DNA of 64,000 nt from Mobula hypostoma (taxonomy: Eukaryota). Under the pieces are notes generated by a model. The model made no database searches. It was not told the DNA's origin and was given only the letters and a program-made list of their open reading frames with translations. Below are positions 36,512-51,094 of the stretch, piece after piece. A program made the position numbers and the translations under genes. The stretch covers positions 110,796,001 through 110,860,000 of the forward strand of contig NC_086108.1 in assembly GCF_963921235.1 (NCBI RefSeq), in the 5' to 3' direction. Position 1 is the stretch's first letter; every line of letters begins with the position of its first letter.

Positions 36512-37524
36512 CTGGGTTTTCTGCAATGAATGCAACGAAAACTAAATTGCGGAATAGACTGGACATCAGGAACCCCCTTTGAGTATCGCTGTCTCCCATC
36601 ACCCCTCGATGGGACTGTGTTGTTGCAGGAAAACAAGCCCAGGGCTCCCACTGATTCAGCAATATTGGTGTGTTGCAATGATTTTATATATTCATACGGG
36701 GAAAATATGTGCTGTGCATTTAATATCCAAACGTTACTTAAAATGTTATCATACTATTGACTTATAAGTGACTTATAATTGACTTATCACTATATTCATG
36801 CGAGGAAAATAGGTGCTGTGTGTTTAATATTAAATTTGTTAGATAAACCCTTTTAGAAATGAAATTGAGTGTATTAGCCACTTATAGTTGGCTTATCACC
36901 TATATTCCGGTTGTGATTAACACCCCCCTCCCCCCCGCCCCCCCCCCGCACCGAGGGTTGCCAACTGTCCCGTATTAGCTGGGACATCCCGTATATTGGG
37001 CTAAATTGGTTTGTCCCATAAGAGACCACCCTTGTCCCGTATTTCTCCCGCTAAGGTAGAGCGTTCCTATGAAACCTTTCGTGCCGGAATGTCGTAAAGC
37101 GAAGAAGCAATTACCATTAATTTATATGGGAAAAATTTTTGAGGGTTCCCAGACCCAAAAAATAACCTACCAAATCATACCAAATAACACATAAAACCTA
37201 AAATAACAGTAACATATAGTAAAAGTGGGAATGATATGATAAATACACAGCCTATATAAAGTAGAAATAATGTATGTACAGTGTAGTTTCGCTGAACAGA
37301 ATCGCCAGAAATGATTTGTAGAAAAAAACCAGGACATGCATATGCACGCAAGTGCCCGTGCAAGGCTTCATTGGTCATTGTAGTCTTTTTTGGGGTAAAC
37401 GCAACGTATTTGACTGCTACTCTTGTCCGTTGGCAACCCAACCCCACCCCCACCGGTGGCCGGTCTACAAGAATATCGTCAATAATAAACCGGTCCGTGG
37501 TGCAAAAAAGGGTGGGGACCCCTG
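36512..37524. mobile_element. hAT-Charlie-like DNA element fragment containing a nested TIR element
   Basis: Right end ccggtccgtggtgcaaaaaagggtggggacccctg resembles MER1/Charlie-type termini; left end not visible. Confidence 0.55.
36953..37441. mobile_element. MITE with agggttgccaac TIRs (hAT-Blackjack-like)
   Basis: gggttgccaac ... gttggcaaccc; subterminal tgtcccgtat repeats; C-rich flanks on both sides. Confidence 0.7.
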
Positions 37525-37534
37525 TTCTATACCT

Positions 37535-40095
37535 CCAGAAATGAATGCCAACATTGCATTCGCCTTCTTCACCATCGACTCAACCTGGAAGTTAACCTTT
37601 AGGGTATCCTGCACAAGGACTCCCAAGTCCCTCTGCATCTCTGCATTTTGAATTCCCTCTCCACCTAAATACAGTAATAGTCTGCCCGTTTATTTTTTCC
37701 ACCTAAGTACGTGACCATACACTTTCCAACATTGTATTTCATTTGCCACTTTTTTGCCCATTCCTCTAAACTATCTAAATCTCTCTGCAAGCTCTCTGTT
37801 TTCTTAATACTACCCGCTCCTCCACCTATCTTTGTATCATTGGCAAGTTTAGCCACAAATCCATTAATACCGTAGTCTGAATCACTGACATACATTGTAA
37901 AAAGCAGCGGTCCCAACACCGACCCCTGTGGAACTCCACTGGTAACTGGCAGCCAGCCAGAATAGAACATAGAATAGTACAGCACATTACAGACCCTTCG
38001 GCCCACAATAGGATCCCTTTATTCCCACTCTCTGTTTTCTGCCGATCAGCCAATGCTCCACCCATGCTAGTAACTCCCCTGTAATTCCATGGGCTCTTAC
38101 CTTGCCAAGCAGCCTCATGTGCAGCACCTTGTCAAAGTCCTTCTGAAAATCTAAATACACCGCATCCACTGCATCTCTTTTGTCTACCTTGCTTGTAATT
38201 TCCTCAAAAAATTGCAGTAGGTTAGTCAGGCAGGATTTTCCTTTCAGGAAACCATGCTGGCTTTGGCCTATCTTGTCATGTGCCTCCAGGTACTCCGTAA
38301 TCTCATCCCTAACAATCGATTCCAACAACTTCCCAACCACTGATATCAGGCTAACAGGTCTATAGTTTCCTTTTTGCTGCCTCCCACTCTTCTTAAATAG
38401 TGGAGTAACATTTGCAATTTTCCAGTCATCTGGTACAATGCCAGAATCTAACGATTCTTGAAAGATCATTGTTAATGCTTCTGCAATCTCTCCAGCTACT
38501 TCCTTCAGAATCTGAGGGTGCATTCCATCAGGTCCAGGAGATTTATCCACTCTCAGACCATTAAACTTCCTGAGCTCCTTCTCAGTTGTAATTTTCACTG
38601 CACATACTTCACTTCCCTGACACTCTTGAATGTTCAGTATACTGCAGATGTCTCCCACTGTGAAGACTGATGCAAAATACGCATTCAGTTCCTCTGCCAT
38701 CTCTGTGTCTCTCATTACAATATCTCCAGTGACATTTTCTATTGGTCCTATGTCTACCCTCAACTCTCTTTTACTCTTTATATACTTAAAAATGCTTTTA
38801 GTGTCTTCTTTGATATTAGTCACCAGCTTCCATTCATCTTTTCCTTCTTAATGACCTACTTAGCTTCCTTCTACAAGATTTTAAAAGCTTCCCTGTCCTC
38901 TATCTTCCCACTAGCTTTGGATTCTTTGTATGCCCTCTCTTTTGCTTTTACTTTGACTCTGACTTCACTTGTCAGCCACGATAGTGTCCTTCTTCCATTT
39001 GAAAATTTCTTCTTATTTGGAATATATCTGTCTTGCACTTCCCTTATTTTTCGCGAAACTCCAGCCATTGCTGCTCTGCTGTCCTTCCTGCTAGTGTCCC
39101 TTTCCAGTCAACTTTGGCCAGTTCCCCTCTCATGCCATTGTAATTTCCTTTATTCCACTGAAATACTGACACATTAGAATTTAGTTTCTCCTTCTCAAAT
39201 TTCAAAGTGAACTCGATCACGTTGTGATCACTGTTCCCTAAGGGTTCCTTAACCTTAAGCTCTCTTATCACCTCCGGATTGTTGCACAACACCCAATCCA
39301 GCACAGCTGATCCCCTCGTGGGCTCAACAACAAGCTGTTCTAAAAAGCCATCCCTCAGACATTCTACAAATTCTCTCTCTTGAGGTCCAGTACTGGCCTG
39401 GTTTTCCCAATCCACTTTCATGTTAAAATGTACAATAATTATCATGACATTGCCTTTCTGACATGCCTTTTCCATCTCCTGCTGTAATTTGTAATCCACA
39501 TGCTGGCTGCTGTTTGGAGGCCTGTATACAACTGCCATTAGGGTCCTTTTACCCTTGCCATTTGTTAACTCAACCCATAGAGACTCTACACCTTCTGATC
39601 CTATGTCATCTCTTTCTAATGATTTAATATTATTTCTTATACACAGGGCCACACTACCCCCTCTGCCTACTAACCTATCTTTCCAAAACACCGTATATCC
39701 TTGAACATTCAACTCCCAATGGCAGCCATCCTTTTGCCAAGTTTCAGAGATGGCCACAATGTCATATTTGCCAATCTGTAGCTGAATTTCAAGATCATCC
39801 ATTTTATTTCTTGTGCTGCGTGCATTCAAATAAAATACTTTCAGTCCAGTATTTGTTGCTTTCTGTTTTAACTGCACCTCGCCTCTATTGCCCAGCAAGT
39901 CATCCCACTGGCTGTGATTATGCTTCATCTCCTGCCCGTCCTTTCTATCATCTCCGTTGCACTCTTATCTTTGATTTATTTCTGTTTTCTCCTTTCTAAC
40001 GCTCCGGTTCCCATCCCCCTGCCAAATTAGTTTAAACCCTCCGTAACGGCTCTATTAAACCTGCCTGCTAGGATTTAGACCTCTTTGGGTTCAGG
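37535..40095 (-). mobile_element. Decayed CR1 LINE (APE plus RT), 3' end missing
   Basis: ORFs 39044..39928 (YLNARS, ISETW, VYRPP, SDHNV), 37987..38823, 37665..38006; tiny CR1-tail insertion at ~37961-38010. Confidence 0.93.
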
Positions 40096-41179
40096 TTTGT
40101 CCAACGTGATGTTACCAAAATTCTTTATAGTAAGAATAAGAAAGATGCCTGCATGAGCTTTCTGTGCCTGGATCTATCCATCTTGGTAATGCATTTTGCA
40201 CGTGCTAGACTAGTTTTTAAATAAAACAGAGTAGATACGGCTCGCACGATGCTCTTCCTGCTCGGAGTGATCTGGAGCTTGGAGCTTAATTCCGCCAGTC
40301 TTTAAGGAGTTTGTACACTCTCACTGTTGGTTTCCTCCCATGGTCCAAAGACGTACCGGTCAGGAGATTACTTGGTCATTGTAAATTGTCCAGTAATTAG
40401 GCTAGAGTTAAATAAATGGGTTGCTGGGCGGTGTGAAAGGACCTGTTGCATGCTGTATATCTAAATAAAATACTTGCTAGCTCCCGTTAAGTTAGCGATC
40501 AAAGCCTCCACCCTGCTTTAAATGGTTTGCTGTTGTCGTAGAAACCAAATGCTCTTTAACATCTGCCTGAGGCAAGCACCTGAGGCAAGGCACTGATGAC
40601 AGATCTGTCCATCCAGGAGGAACACTTCATTTCAATAGGGTCAAATGCACAGGACCATTTTCCCATTTGCTTACCAATTAGCATTCCACTTCACCATGGT
40701 AACCATTTATATCGGCTTTTGCTGTTGGCTTAGAGAGATAAAATGCTGAATTCAGCCTGAACTAAAGTGATGCTGGAGGCACTGGAGGAACTCAGAGGGC
40801 AAGGCAGCATTTGTGCAGGCCTTGGCAGATTGCAAATCGCAGCATCTGGCATGTCTGTGGTCTTTCCGTCCTGATGAAGGGTCCCGGCAAAAACATGGGC
40901 TGTTTATTCATTTCCATAGATACTGCCTGACCTGAATCAGAATTGGGTTTAGTATGACTGGCATATGTTGTGAAATTTGTGTTATGGCATGGGACTGCGT
41001 TGGGGTGGGTTTCCTCCAGGTGCCCTGGTTTCCTCCCACAGTCCAAAGATGTACCAGTTGGTAGGTTAATTGGTCATTGTAAATTGTCCCGTGATTAGAC
41101 AAGGGTTAAATTGGGGGATTGTTGGGCAGCATGGCTGGAAGTGCTGCAAAGGCTGATCTGCAATGTATCTCAATAAAAT

Positions 41180-43675
41180 TACAGTTCAGCATTCAACACA
41201 TAATTCCCTCCAGGCTCGACAAGAAGCTCAGAGACCTTGGCATTCATCCTGCCTTGTGTAGCTGGATCCTGGACTTCCTGTCAGATTGCCGGCAGGTGGT
41301 AAGAGTGGGCTCCCTCACCTCTGCCCCTCTGGGCCGTGTAGTAAACCCCTCCTTTACTCTCTGTATACCCATGTTTGTGTTGCCACCCCACAGCTCCAAT
41401 CTGCTAATTAAATTTGCTGAGGACACTGCACTGATTGGCCTAATCTCAAATAATAATGAGGTAGCCTACAGAGAAGAATTCATCACCCTGACACAGTGGT
41501 GTCAAGAAAACAATCTCTTCCTCAATGTCACAAAAACAAAGGAGTTGCTTGTGGATTACAGGAGGAATGGAGACAGACTAACCCCTATTGACATCAATAG
41601 ATCTGTGGTTAAGAGGGTGAACAGTTTTAAGTTCCTCGGCATCCACATCACCGAGGATCTCACCTGGTCTGTGCATACTGGGTGTGTGGTGAAAAAGGCA
41701 CAACGGTACCTCTTTCACCTCAGATGGTTGAGGAAGTTTGGTATGGGCCTCCAAATCCTAAGAACTTTCTACAGGAGCACGATTGAGAGCATCCTGACTG
41801 GCTGCATCACTGCCTATATGGGAACTTCCCTCTACTGCAGGACTCTGCAGAGAGTGGTACGGACAGCCCAGCGGACCTGTAGATGTGAACTTCCCACTAG
41901 TCAGGACACTTACAGCGACAGGTGTGTAAAAAGGGCCCGAAGGATCATTGGGGACGCGAGTCACCCCAACCATAAACTGTTCCATCTGCTATCATCTGGG
42001 AAATGGTCATCATCATCATCATCATCAGGTGCCGTGCCCAGTTTGAGCTTTGTCTGCCATGGCCCACACACTCCTGTTTCGGGTCAAGTGGATCAATTCA
42101 TTGGTATTCATTTCCAGCTCTTTGGCTGCTGTCCCATCATCATTTGTCTTTGTTTTCCTCTTGCTTTCTTCCCTTCAATCGTTCCCATAATTACCGTGCA
42201 TTCTAATTCCTCTTTCCTAATCACATGTCCAATGAAGTTACGTTGCCTTTTCATGATCTCATACATTATTGTTCTTTTTGTGTTTGCTCTGTTCATGACA
42301 TCCTCATTAGATATTCGTTTCGTCCATGATACTCTTTGCATCCTCCTCAAAAACCACATCTCTGCTGCTTCAATTCATTTCCTCATGTTACTAGATATTG
42401 TCCAACATTCTGAGCCATGTAACATAACTGGATAAACGTAACATTTTAGTACTCTGAGGTGGGTTGTCATGCCTAGTTTAGTGTTGGTCAGAATAGTCTT
42501 CATTCTCATAAAGGTGTCTTTTGCCATCCCTATTCTTCTTTTGATGTCCATGTTGCACCTGCCATCTGATGTCACCCAGCGTCCTAAGTAGCAAAAGTTC
42601 TGTACTTGTTTTATGTCTTCCCCATTTATTCAAAGCCTGCAGATAGGATTCTCCTTCTTTTTGGATATCACCATACATTCTGTCTTTTTGCAATTGATAG
42701 ATAGACCCATTTTTGCACTTTCTTCAACAACTATATCAATTAAATTTTGTAGTTCTTCCTCCGTACTTGCAATTAACACAGTGTCATCTGCATACCTGAA
42801 ATTATTGATGTTTTCACCGCCAACTTTGATTCCCAAGATGTCTCTTATTTTTTGTAATATTGTTTCACTGTACACATTTAATAAATCGGGGGGAAAACAC
42901 ACACTTGTCTAACACCTCTCTTGATTTTTGTAAACTGACTCACTTCTCCATCTATTCTTACAGCGGCAGTTTGTTCCCAGTACAGATTTCTGATTAGGCG
43001 GAGGTCTTTCGAATCTAGATCTAGAGTTTCCTGTAATATTTCAAACAACTTGTTGTGCTTCACTTGATGAAATGCTTTTGTGTAGTCGATAAAACAAACA
43101 AACAGATCTTTTTGCACTTGAATAGCTTGTTCTGACAGTATCCTCAACATCAATATGGCATTTCTTGTACCTTTGTCTTTCACAAAACCACATTGTTCTT
43201 TACCTATTTCAGCTTGTATCTTACTTTTAGCTCTTGTCATCAAAATTCTGAGAAATATCTTGATGATATGACTCACTTAACTTATGGTCCTATGTAATTC
43301 ACATTCTGTTGCTCCAGGTTTCTTAGGAAGAGTGATGAATACTGATTTTAATAAATAAGATGAAGAAAGGAAAGGCAGCAGGTCCTGATGAATTAGTAAT
43401 AGAACAAATTATCGCCCTTGAAGATTATGGGAAACAGTACTTCAGCATAAAAGCCAGGACCAACAGGCTCAGGAACAGCTTCTTCCACCAGGCCATCAGA
43501 CTGATTAATTCATGCTGACACAATTGTATTTCTATGTTATTTCGATTGCCCTACTGTTCATACTATTTATAATAAAATTACTATAAATTGCACATTTAGA
43601 TGGAGACATAATGTAAAGGATTTTACTCCTCATGTATATGAAGGATGTAAATAATAAAGTCAAATCCATTCAATT
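41180..43675 (+). mobile_element. Rex1/Babar LINE 3' half interrupted by an RTE element
   Basis: ORF 41119..42435 N-terminal part (WILDFLS, KFAEDT, FKFLGIHI); sequence resumes at 43428 (RNSFFHQAIRL). Confidence 0.9.
42008..43427 (-). mobile_element. RTE-clade LINE, 5'-truncated with a 5' inversion
   Basis: ORFs 42878..43276 (QCGF, FIDYTKAF, RGVRQ), 42630..42902 (RYADDT), 42108..42575; (gat)n tail; TSD tgggaaatggt / tgggaaacagt. Confidence 0.92.
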
Positions 43676-43699
43676 AAAATAAATATAACAAAGAGCAGG

Positions 43700-45330
43700 G
43701 TGAGCTGACTCGGTGACTATCACCCAGTTGTTCTCGTGTCTACTGTGATGAATTGTTTTGAGAGGTTGGTCATGGCCAGAATCCACTCCTGCCTCTGCCT
43801 AAGCAGAGACCCAGACCCACTGCTGTTTGCCTATCGCCACAATAGGTCTACAGCAGATGAACTCTCACTGGCTCTCCACTCGGCCTCGGACCACATGGAC
43901 AACAGCAATACTAACTTCGGGCTGCTATTTATTGATTACAGCTCAGTGTGCAACGCCATCTACAAGATCCAAAACCTGGGCCTTTGTACCCTCCTGTGCA
44001 ACTGGATCTTCAACTTCCTCATCGAGGGACCTCAGTCACTGCAGTTCAGAAGTAACATCTTCTCCTTGCTGACAATCAACACCAGTGCACCTCAAAGATG
44101 TGTGCTTAAGCCAACTGCTCTAGTCTCTCTACACCCATGACTTTGTGGCTAGGCCCAGCTCAAATGCCATCTGCAAATTCCCCAATGACTCCAGTGTTGG
44201 CAGAATGTCAAATGGCAACTTGGAAGCGTACGGGAGTGAGGTAGAATGGCTGTTCTGGTGTTGTGACAACAAGAATCTTGCACTCATCGTCAACGAGACC
44301 AAGGAATTGATTGTAGACTTCAGGAAGGGAAACTCAGGAGAACACAAATCAGTCCTCATTGAGGGGTCAGTGGTGGAAAGGGTGAGCAGTTTAAAGTTTC
44401 TAAAGTTACCTATATCAATACTATCATCCCCTCAAAATTAATCAATAAGCTTTGAGACCTTGGCCTCAATACCTCCTTTTGCAATTGGATCCTCGATTTC
44501 CTCACCTGCACATTCCAATCAGTTTGGATTGGCAATAAAATCTCCTCCATAATCTCCATCAGCACAGGTGCACCACAAGGCTGTGTGCTTAGCCCTCTGC
44601 TCGACTTGTTTTATACTTACAGCAGTGTGGCTAAACACAGCTTCAGTGCCATACCATCGTTGGCCGAATCAAAGGTAGTGATGAGTCAGCATATAGGAGG
44701 GAGATTGAAAATCTGGCTGAGTGGTGTCACAACAACAAACTCTCTCTCTCTCAATGTCAGCAAGACCAAGGAGCTGATTTGTGACTTCAGGAGGAGGAGG
44801 TTGGAGGTTTATGAGCCAGTCTTTATTGGGGGATCAGAGGTGGAAAGAGCCAGCAACTTTAAGTTCCTTGGTGTTATCATTTCAGAGGACGTGTCCTGGG
44901 CAATCACAAAGAAAGTACAGCATTGCCTCTATTTGCCTAGAAGTTTGCGAAGATTTGACATGTCATCTAAAACTTTGACCAACTTCTATAGATGTACAGA
45001 GGGAGTATATAGACTGGTTGCATCACAGCCTGGTATGGAAACACCAGTGCCCGGGAACAGAAAAGCCTACGAAGAGTTGTGGACGGCTCAGTCCATCACA
45101 GGCAAACTCCTCCTCACCACCTAGTACTCTTACAAGGAGCACTGCCACAAGAAAGAAGCTTCTATCGTCAAAGGCCCCCAACATCCAGGCCATGATCTCT
45201 CCTTACTACGACCATCAGACAGGAGGGACGGGAGCCTTAGGTTCCTCACCTTGTGTTCAGGAACAGTTATTACCCTTCAACCATCAGGCTTCTAAACCAG
45301 AGGGGATAACTTCACTCACCTCAATACTGA
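43700..45330 (+). mobile_element. Two adjacent decayed Rex1/Babar RT fragments
   Basis: ORFs 43736..44140, 44145..44441 and 44585..45124 (DPLLFAYR, FIDYSS, KTKELI.DFR). Confidence 0.85.
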
Positions 45331-45450
45331 ACTGACCCCACAACCTAAAGACTCACTTTCAAGGACTCTACAACTCATCTTCTCAGTATTATTTATTTAT
45401 TCTTTAAAAATTATATGCATGACTTGTCTTGCAGGTCGGTTGTTTGCCAG

Positions 45451-45489
<39 letters not shown>

Positions 45490-48444
45490 TTTTTTTGTGG
45501 ATGCTATTATTCTTTACTTTCCAGAGAATGCCTGCAAGAAAATGGATCTCAGGGTGGTATTTGGTGACATATACGTAGCTTGACAATAAATTTACTTTGA
45601 ACTTTGAAAATTTGCCGCCTTATTCTTCCTACTGAAGCAAACAACAGCATACATTTTCTATCCACCTGTTGAATCACCTTACTTTCCTCTGCTGTCAGTA
45701 CAAAGTGTTATGCATTTAACATTGCTATTTTGTCAGGCATGTAATCTGTTAATACAATATCCATCTGTGGGAACATCGTGTTTTGGACAAGGAAGTGGGA
45801 GGAAAATTCACTGTGGACACCTCCCACTCTGTAAATCATAAACACATGAGATTCTGCAGATGCTGGAAATCCAGGGTAACACACACAAAATGCTGGAGGA
45901 ACTCAGAAGATCTATGAAAGTAACAAAGGGTCAATGTTTCGGGTGGGAGTCCTTCGCTCCGGACTGGAAAGGGAGGGGGAAGAAGCTGGGATAAGAAGGT
46001 GGGGTTTGGGAACCTGTCTCAGGATGGTACAAGTGTGGAATAATGACAAAGTTTGGGGGGTGGTGGTGGGTACAGAAACATCGGCCTGAAGAAGTGGATG
46101 AATGATCTGAATGCAACTGGAATAACGTCTCGTTCATCTGAAATCATGTCAGTATCAAAATCAGAATCAGTTTTGATATCACTGGCATATGTCGTAAAAA
46201 ATTATCCCACCATCGCTCCCCATTTCTTTAATGTTACGAACTCTGACTGTTATGGCATCCATCATTAAGGACTCCCACCACCCAGGACATGCTCTCTTCT
46301 CATTGCTACTGTCAGGGAGGAGGTACAGGAGCCTGAAGACACACACTCAACGTTTCAGGAACAGCTTCTTCCCCTCTGCCAGCAGATACCTGATAAATCA
46401 ACTGTGTGTTGTTACCCATCCTGTAAACTGCCTTTTTCAAGAGCTCCCTTCTGGAAAGCACTATAGGTCTATTAAAACAAAAGTCTCACATGATCTTAAA
46501 ACTTTCTTTCCCTAGCCAGTTAATCTAATCAACCATTCTAGTTTGCCCTCCGCACCCCTCATCAAACCCTTTAGCTATTCTGAGGCCTCCGTTGTCAGGG
46601 TTGTTGTGTCCTGGCTGTCTGGCTACACAAGCCTGGGCAGTACGATGTGGAGAGCAAGCTGTTGCCCATGTAGCGGGTTCCCCCTCTCCACACACCTGAT
46701 GAACCCAAAGGAATGGCACCAGCAACGTTGATTTCATTGTAGGATTGCCTTTGTGATTCAAGCTCCAGATTTTTCCCTTGGGTTTGACTCCGGAAGCCTT
46801 CCCCAAGAGTGGGTATAGCCACAAGGCAGCTGAGGTTTGAGACCAGACTTTTCCTCCTCCTCGATGAGCTGCCAACCGCAGCTGACGGGCTCCATCGGCC
46901 CGGAGCGACTGGCTTTAAGGCGCCAATAAACTGCGTTTGATCCTCCTTCTGTCAGTAGAAACTATTCTGCTGGGCTTAGGAGCTGAGCCATACGTGGAGA
47001 CCAGGAGCTGGACTTGGTTGTCAGAGGCTATTTAAGGTGCATGCTGTTGGGAGCGTTTAATAGGTAGTGGAAGCGGTGCCCCACTGCCACCCAGCTGGCT
47101 ATGGCAACCTTAACCTCTGTCTATGAAACCTGTCACTTGTACACAGGATACACATTAAACCACTTTTTATAATGCTGTAAATACATGCTGATATTTATGT
47201 CTTTATTTACATTTAATTTCCTATCGGTATTTCGGTCTCTAACTATAACATTTTATCTAATTCCTTACTTTAATATTTTTATTTAATGATACAGCACGGT
47301 GACGGCCCATCCAATCCAAAGAGCCCATGCTGCCCAGTTACACCCGTGTGACCAACTGACCTACCAACCGGTACGTCTTTGGACTGTGGGAGGAAACCAG
47401 AGCACCCAGAGGAAACCCACGCAGTCACAGGGAGAATGTACAAATTGCTTACAGAGCGGCAGGAATTGAACCTGGGTCACTGGCATTGTAAATCATGTTA
47501 CCCCTGTCTTTTTAATTGCTGAATATTCTTTTTTGTTGCTTTTAATGCCCTGCCCAACACACCAGAGCAAATTCCTAATCCATGTAAATCTGTATGCTGA
47601 ATGAAGTTGATCCTTGATAGTCTAAAAAGAGATTTTTTCCAAGAGGTGGTTTAGTACCAGAAACCGCTGGGCATGCCAGGAATTTGTAAACAGATACAGT
47701 CGTTAGGAGGTGCCATTTTTGTTTGGTTTTATGTAAATTTATAACTGGGTTGTTCACAGCGTGATTGTAGTCTTCAGCCTGGGTTTGCTAAAGGAGACCA
47801 TATGTCCTTTTGTAAACATTAGACGAAGTCTTAAGAAATAAAATAGGCCTTTTTAAATGTCGGGCTCCTATTTTCACTTCTCGTTTGTTAAGGATGTGCA
47901 GATTTCCCAGACTACAGTGACCTAAAGAATTTGTTTGTGAGTTAATATTGTTCTGTGTACTGTTAGTGGCTGAATTAAGCATGAGCCAGTATTTAGCCAG
48001 GGATGTGATAAATGTTTAGTCCTGACACACTGATTGCTGCTTCAGTTGTTCTCAGAACTACGGGCCAAAAGAAAATGGGTGCTGTCAGTGCCATTCAAGT
48101 GGAGTTTGATCAATGATCTTTGTACTGTGCCCCAACACCCAAGCTGACTGACGACCATGTCCAGCCAAACCTGGGCTGTTTCAGTATCGCAATCAGAATC
48201 AGGGTCATCTTTAATATCACCAACATACGTTATAAAAAATGTGCATAATAATAAAAAACTTACAAATTACATTAGGTATTTATATTAATTAAATAACTAC
48301 TGTGAAAAGAGGGGATAAAGAGTGAGGTAGTGTTCAAGGGTTCATTGTCCAGTCAGTAATCTGCTGGCGGAGGAGTAGAAGCTGTTCTGTAAATGTTGAA
48401 GAAGCAATACAGTGCAATACATAGTCAATTAATAAATAAATTAA

Positions 48445-50685
48445 GACCATAAGACATAGGAGCAGAATTAGGCCATTTGGCCCATCGGGTCTGCTCTGCC
48501 ATTCAATCATAGCTGATCCTTTCTTCCCCCTCCTCAACCCCATTACCTGGCCTTCTCCCTGTAACCTTTGATGCCGTGTCCAGTCAGGAAGCTATCAATC
48601 TCTGCCTTAAATACACCCAATGACCTGGCCTCCACAGCTTCCTGTGGTAATAAATTCCACAAATTCACCACCATCTGGCTAAAGAAATTTCTTCGCATCT
48701 CTGTTTTAAATGGATGCTCCTCTATCCTGAGGCTGTGCCCTCTTGTCCTAGACTCTCCCACCATGGGAAAAATCCTTTCCATATCTACTCTGTCTAGGCC
48801 TTTCAACATTCGAAAGGTTTCAATGAGATCCTCCTCATTCTTCTAAATTCCAGTGAGTACAGACCCAGAGCCATCAAATGTTCTTTGTATGATAACCCTT
48901 TCATTCCTGGAATCATCCTTGTGATCTTCCTCTGAACCCTCTCCAATGCCAGCACATCTCTTCAAAGATGAGGAGCCCAAAACTGTTCACAATACTCAAG
49001 GTGAGGCCTCACCAGTGCCTTATAAAACCTCAGCGTCACATCTTTGCTCTTGTATCCTAGACCTCTTGAAATGAATGCTAACATTGCATTTGCCTTCCTC
49101 ATCACCGACTCAACCTGCAAGTTAATCTTTAGGGTGTTCTGCACAAGGACTCCCCAGTCCCTCTGCATCTCAGATTTTTGGATTTTCTCCCTGTTTTGAA
49201 AGTATTCTGCACATTTATTTCTACTACCAAAGTGCATGTCCATGCATTTTCCAACATTGTATTTCATTTGCCACTTTCTTGCCCATTCTCCTAACCTGTC
49301 TAACTCCTCCTGCATCCTACCTGTTTCCTCAATACTTCCTGCCATCTTTGTATCATCTGCAAACCTGGCAACAAAGCCACCTATTCCATTATCTAAATCA
49401 TTGACATACAGCACAAAAAAGTGGTCCTAACACCGACCCCTGCTGAACACCACTAGTCACTGGCAGCCAACCAGACAAGGATCCTTTTATTCCCACTCAC
49501 TGCCTCGTACCAATCAGCCAATGCTCTAACCATGTTAGTAACTTTCCTGTAATACCATGGGCTCTTACGTTGGTAAGCAGCCTCTTGTGTGGCACCTTGT
49601 CAAAGGCCTTCTGAAAGTCCAAATATACAATATCCACTGCATCCCCTTTATCTATCCTACTTGTAATCTCCTCAAAAATTCCAACAGGTTTGTCAGAGAA
49701 GATTTTCCCTTAAGGAAACCATGCTGACTTTGCCCTTTCTTGTCCTGTGTCACCAAGTACTCCATAACTTCCTCCTTTACAATTGACTCTACCATCTTCC
49801 CAACCACTGAGGTCAGGCTAACTGGTCTATAACTTCCTTTCTGCTGCCTTCCTCCTTTCTTAAAGAGTAGAGTGACATTTGCAATTCTGGCACCATGCCA
49901 GAGTCCAGTGATTTTTGAAGGATCATTGATTATGCTTCCATAATCTCTAACTCTAATTCATCTGCTTTGGGTGACTTGTGTACCTTTAGGTCTTTCAGCT
50001 TTTTGAGCACCTTCTCCCTTGTAACAGTAACTGCACCCACTTTTCTTCCTTCACACACTACAACATCTGGCACACTGTTAGTGTCTTCCACAGTGAAGAC
50101 TGACACAAAATACTCATTTAGTTCATCTGCCATCTTTTTGTCCCCGTTATTATTTCTCCGGCCTCATTTTCTAGCGGTCCTATATCCACCCTCATCTCTC
50201 TTTTATTTTTTGCGTACTTGAAAAAGATTTTCTATCCACTTTGATATTGTTTGCTTGCTTGTTTTCATATTTCATCTCTTCCCTTCTAATGAATCTTTTA
50301 CTTGCACTCTCTAGGTTTTTAAAAGCTTCCCTATCCTCTATCTTCCAGCTAATTTTTGCTTTGTTGTATGCCCTCTCTTTTGCTTTTACATTAGCTTTGA
50401 CTTCCCTTGTCAGCCAGGTTGTACTATTTTTCCATTGAGTATTTCTTCGTTTTTGGAATACATCTGTCCTGCACCTTCCTCATTTTTCCCAGAAACTCTC
50501 ACCATTGCTGCTCTGCTGACATCCCTGCCAGCATCTCCTTCCAATTTGCTTTGGCCAACTCCTCTCTCATAGCACTGTAATTTCCTTTATTCCACTGAAA
50601 TACTGCTACGTCAGACTTTACTTTCTCCCTATCAAATTTCAAGTTGAACTCAATCATATTGTGATCACTGGCTCCCAAGGGTTAT
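48445..50685 (-). mobile_element. Decayed CR1 LINE
   Basis: ORFs 49930..50133, 48962..49414 (FADDTK, LVRPHLEYC), 48543..48809; tail tcttatggtctta. Confidence 0.92.
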
Positions 50686-50959
50686 TTTACTTTAAGGAGA
50701 GATAGAGAGAGAGATATCCTTCATTTGTTAAGTGGTGTGTCGTATGACCATGGGGTTGTTCCTGGCAATTTTTTCTAGAGAAATGCTTTGCCATTGCCTT
50801 CTTCTGGGCAGTGTCTTTACAACAAGATGGGTGACCCCAGTCATTATCAATACTCTTCAGAGATTGTCTGCCTGGTGTCAGTGGTCGCATAACCTGGACT
50901 TGTGATATGCACCAGCTGTTCGTACAACTATCTGCTCCCATGGTTTCACATGATCCTAA

Positions 50960-51093
50960 TGTATATATCTGTGTGACTAATTGTATGTGTATATGTATAT
51001 ATCTGTGTGACTAATTGTATGTGTATATATCTGTGTGACTAATTGTATGTGTATGTGTATATATCTGTGTGACTAATTGTATGTGTATGTGTA
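50960..51093. repeat. Minisatellite, four copies of a ~28-34 bp unit
   Basis: gtatatatctgtgtgactaattgtatgt repeated four times with variable gtat spacers. Confidence 0.9.
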
Positions 51094-51094
51094 T

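Noticed and set aside
41119..42435. 438-aa ORF
   Set aside because: Chimera of Rex1 RT sequence reading into the antisense strand of the inserted RTE; not a host gene
25435..45830. Candidate extra exons in SPATA1 intron 1 (25435-25467, 26213-26268, 33177-33215, 40095-40185, 45737-45830); the first four can be chained in frame
   Set aside because: Chosen post hoc; weak or GC donors; one acceptor is CR1-derived; the peptide resembles nothing I recognise; exon 1 joins exon 2 well without them. RNA-seq would settle it.
50960..51093. Regular repeats superficially like a CRISPR array
   Set aside because: No unique spacers, eukaryotic context and no cas genes; it is a simple minisatellite
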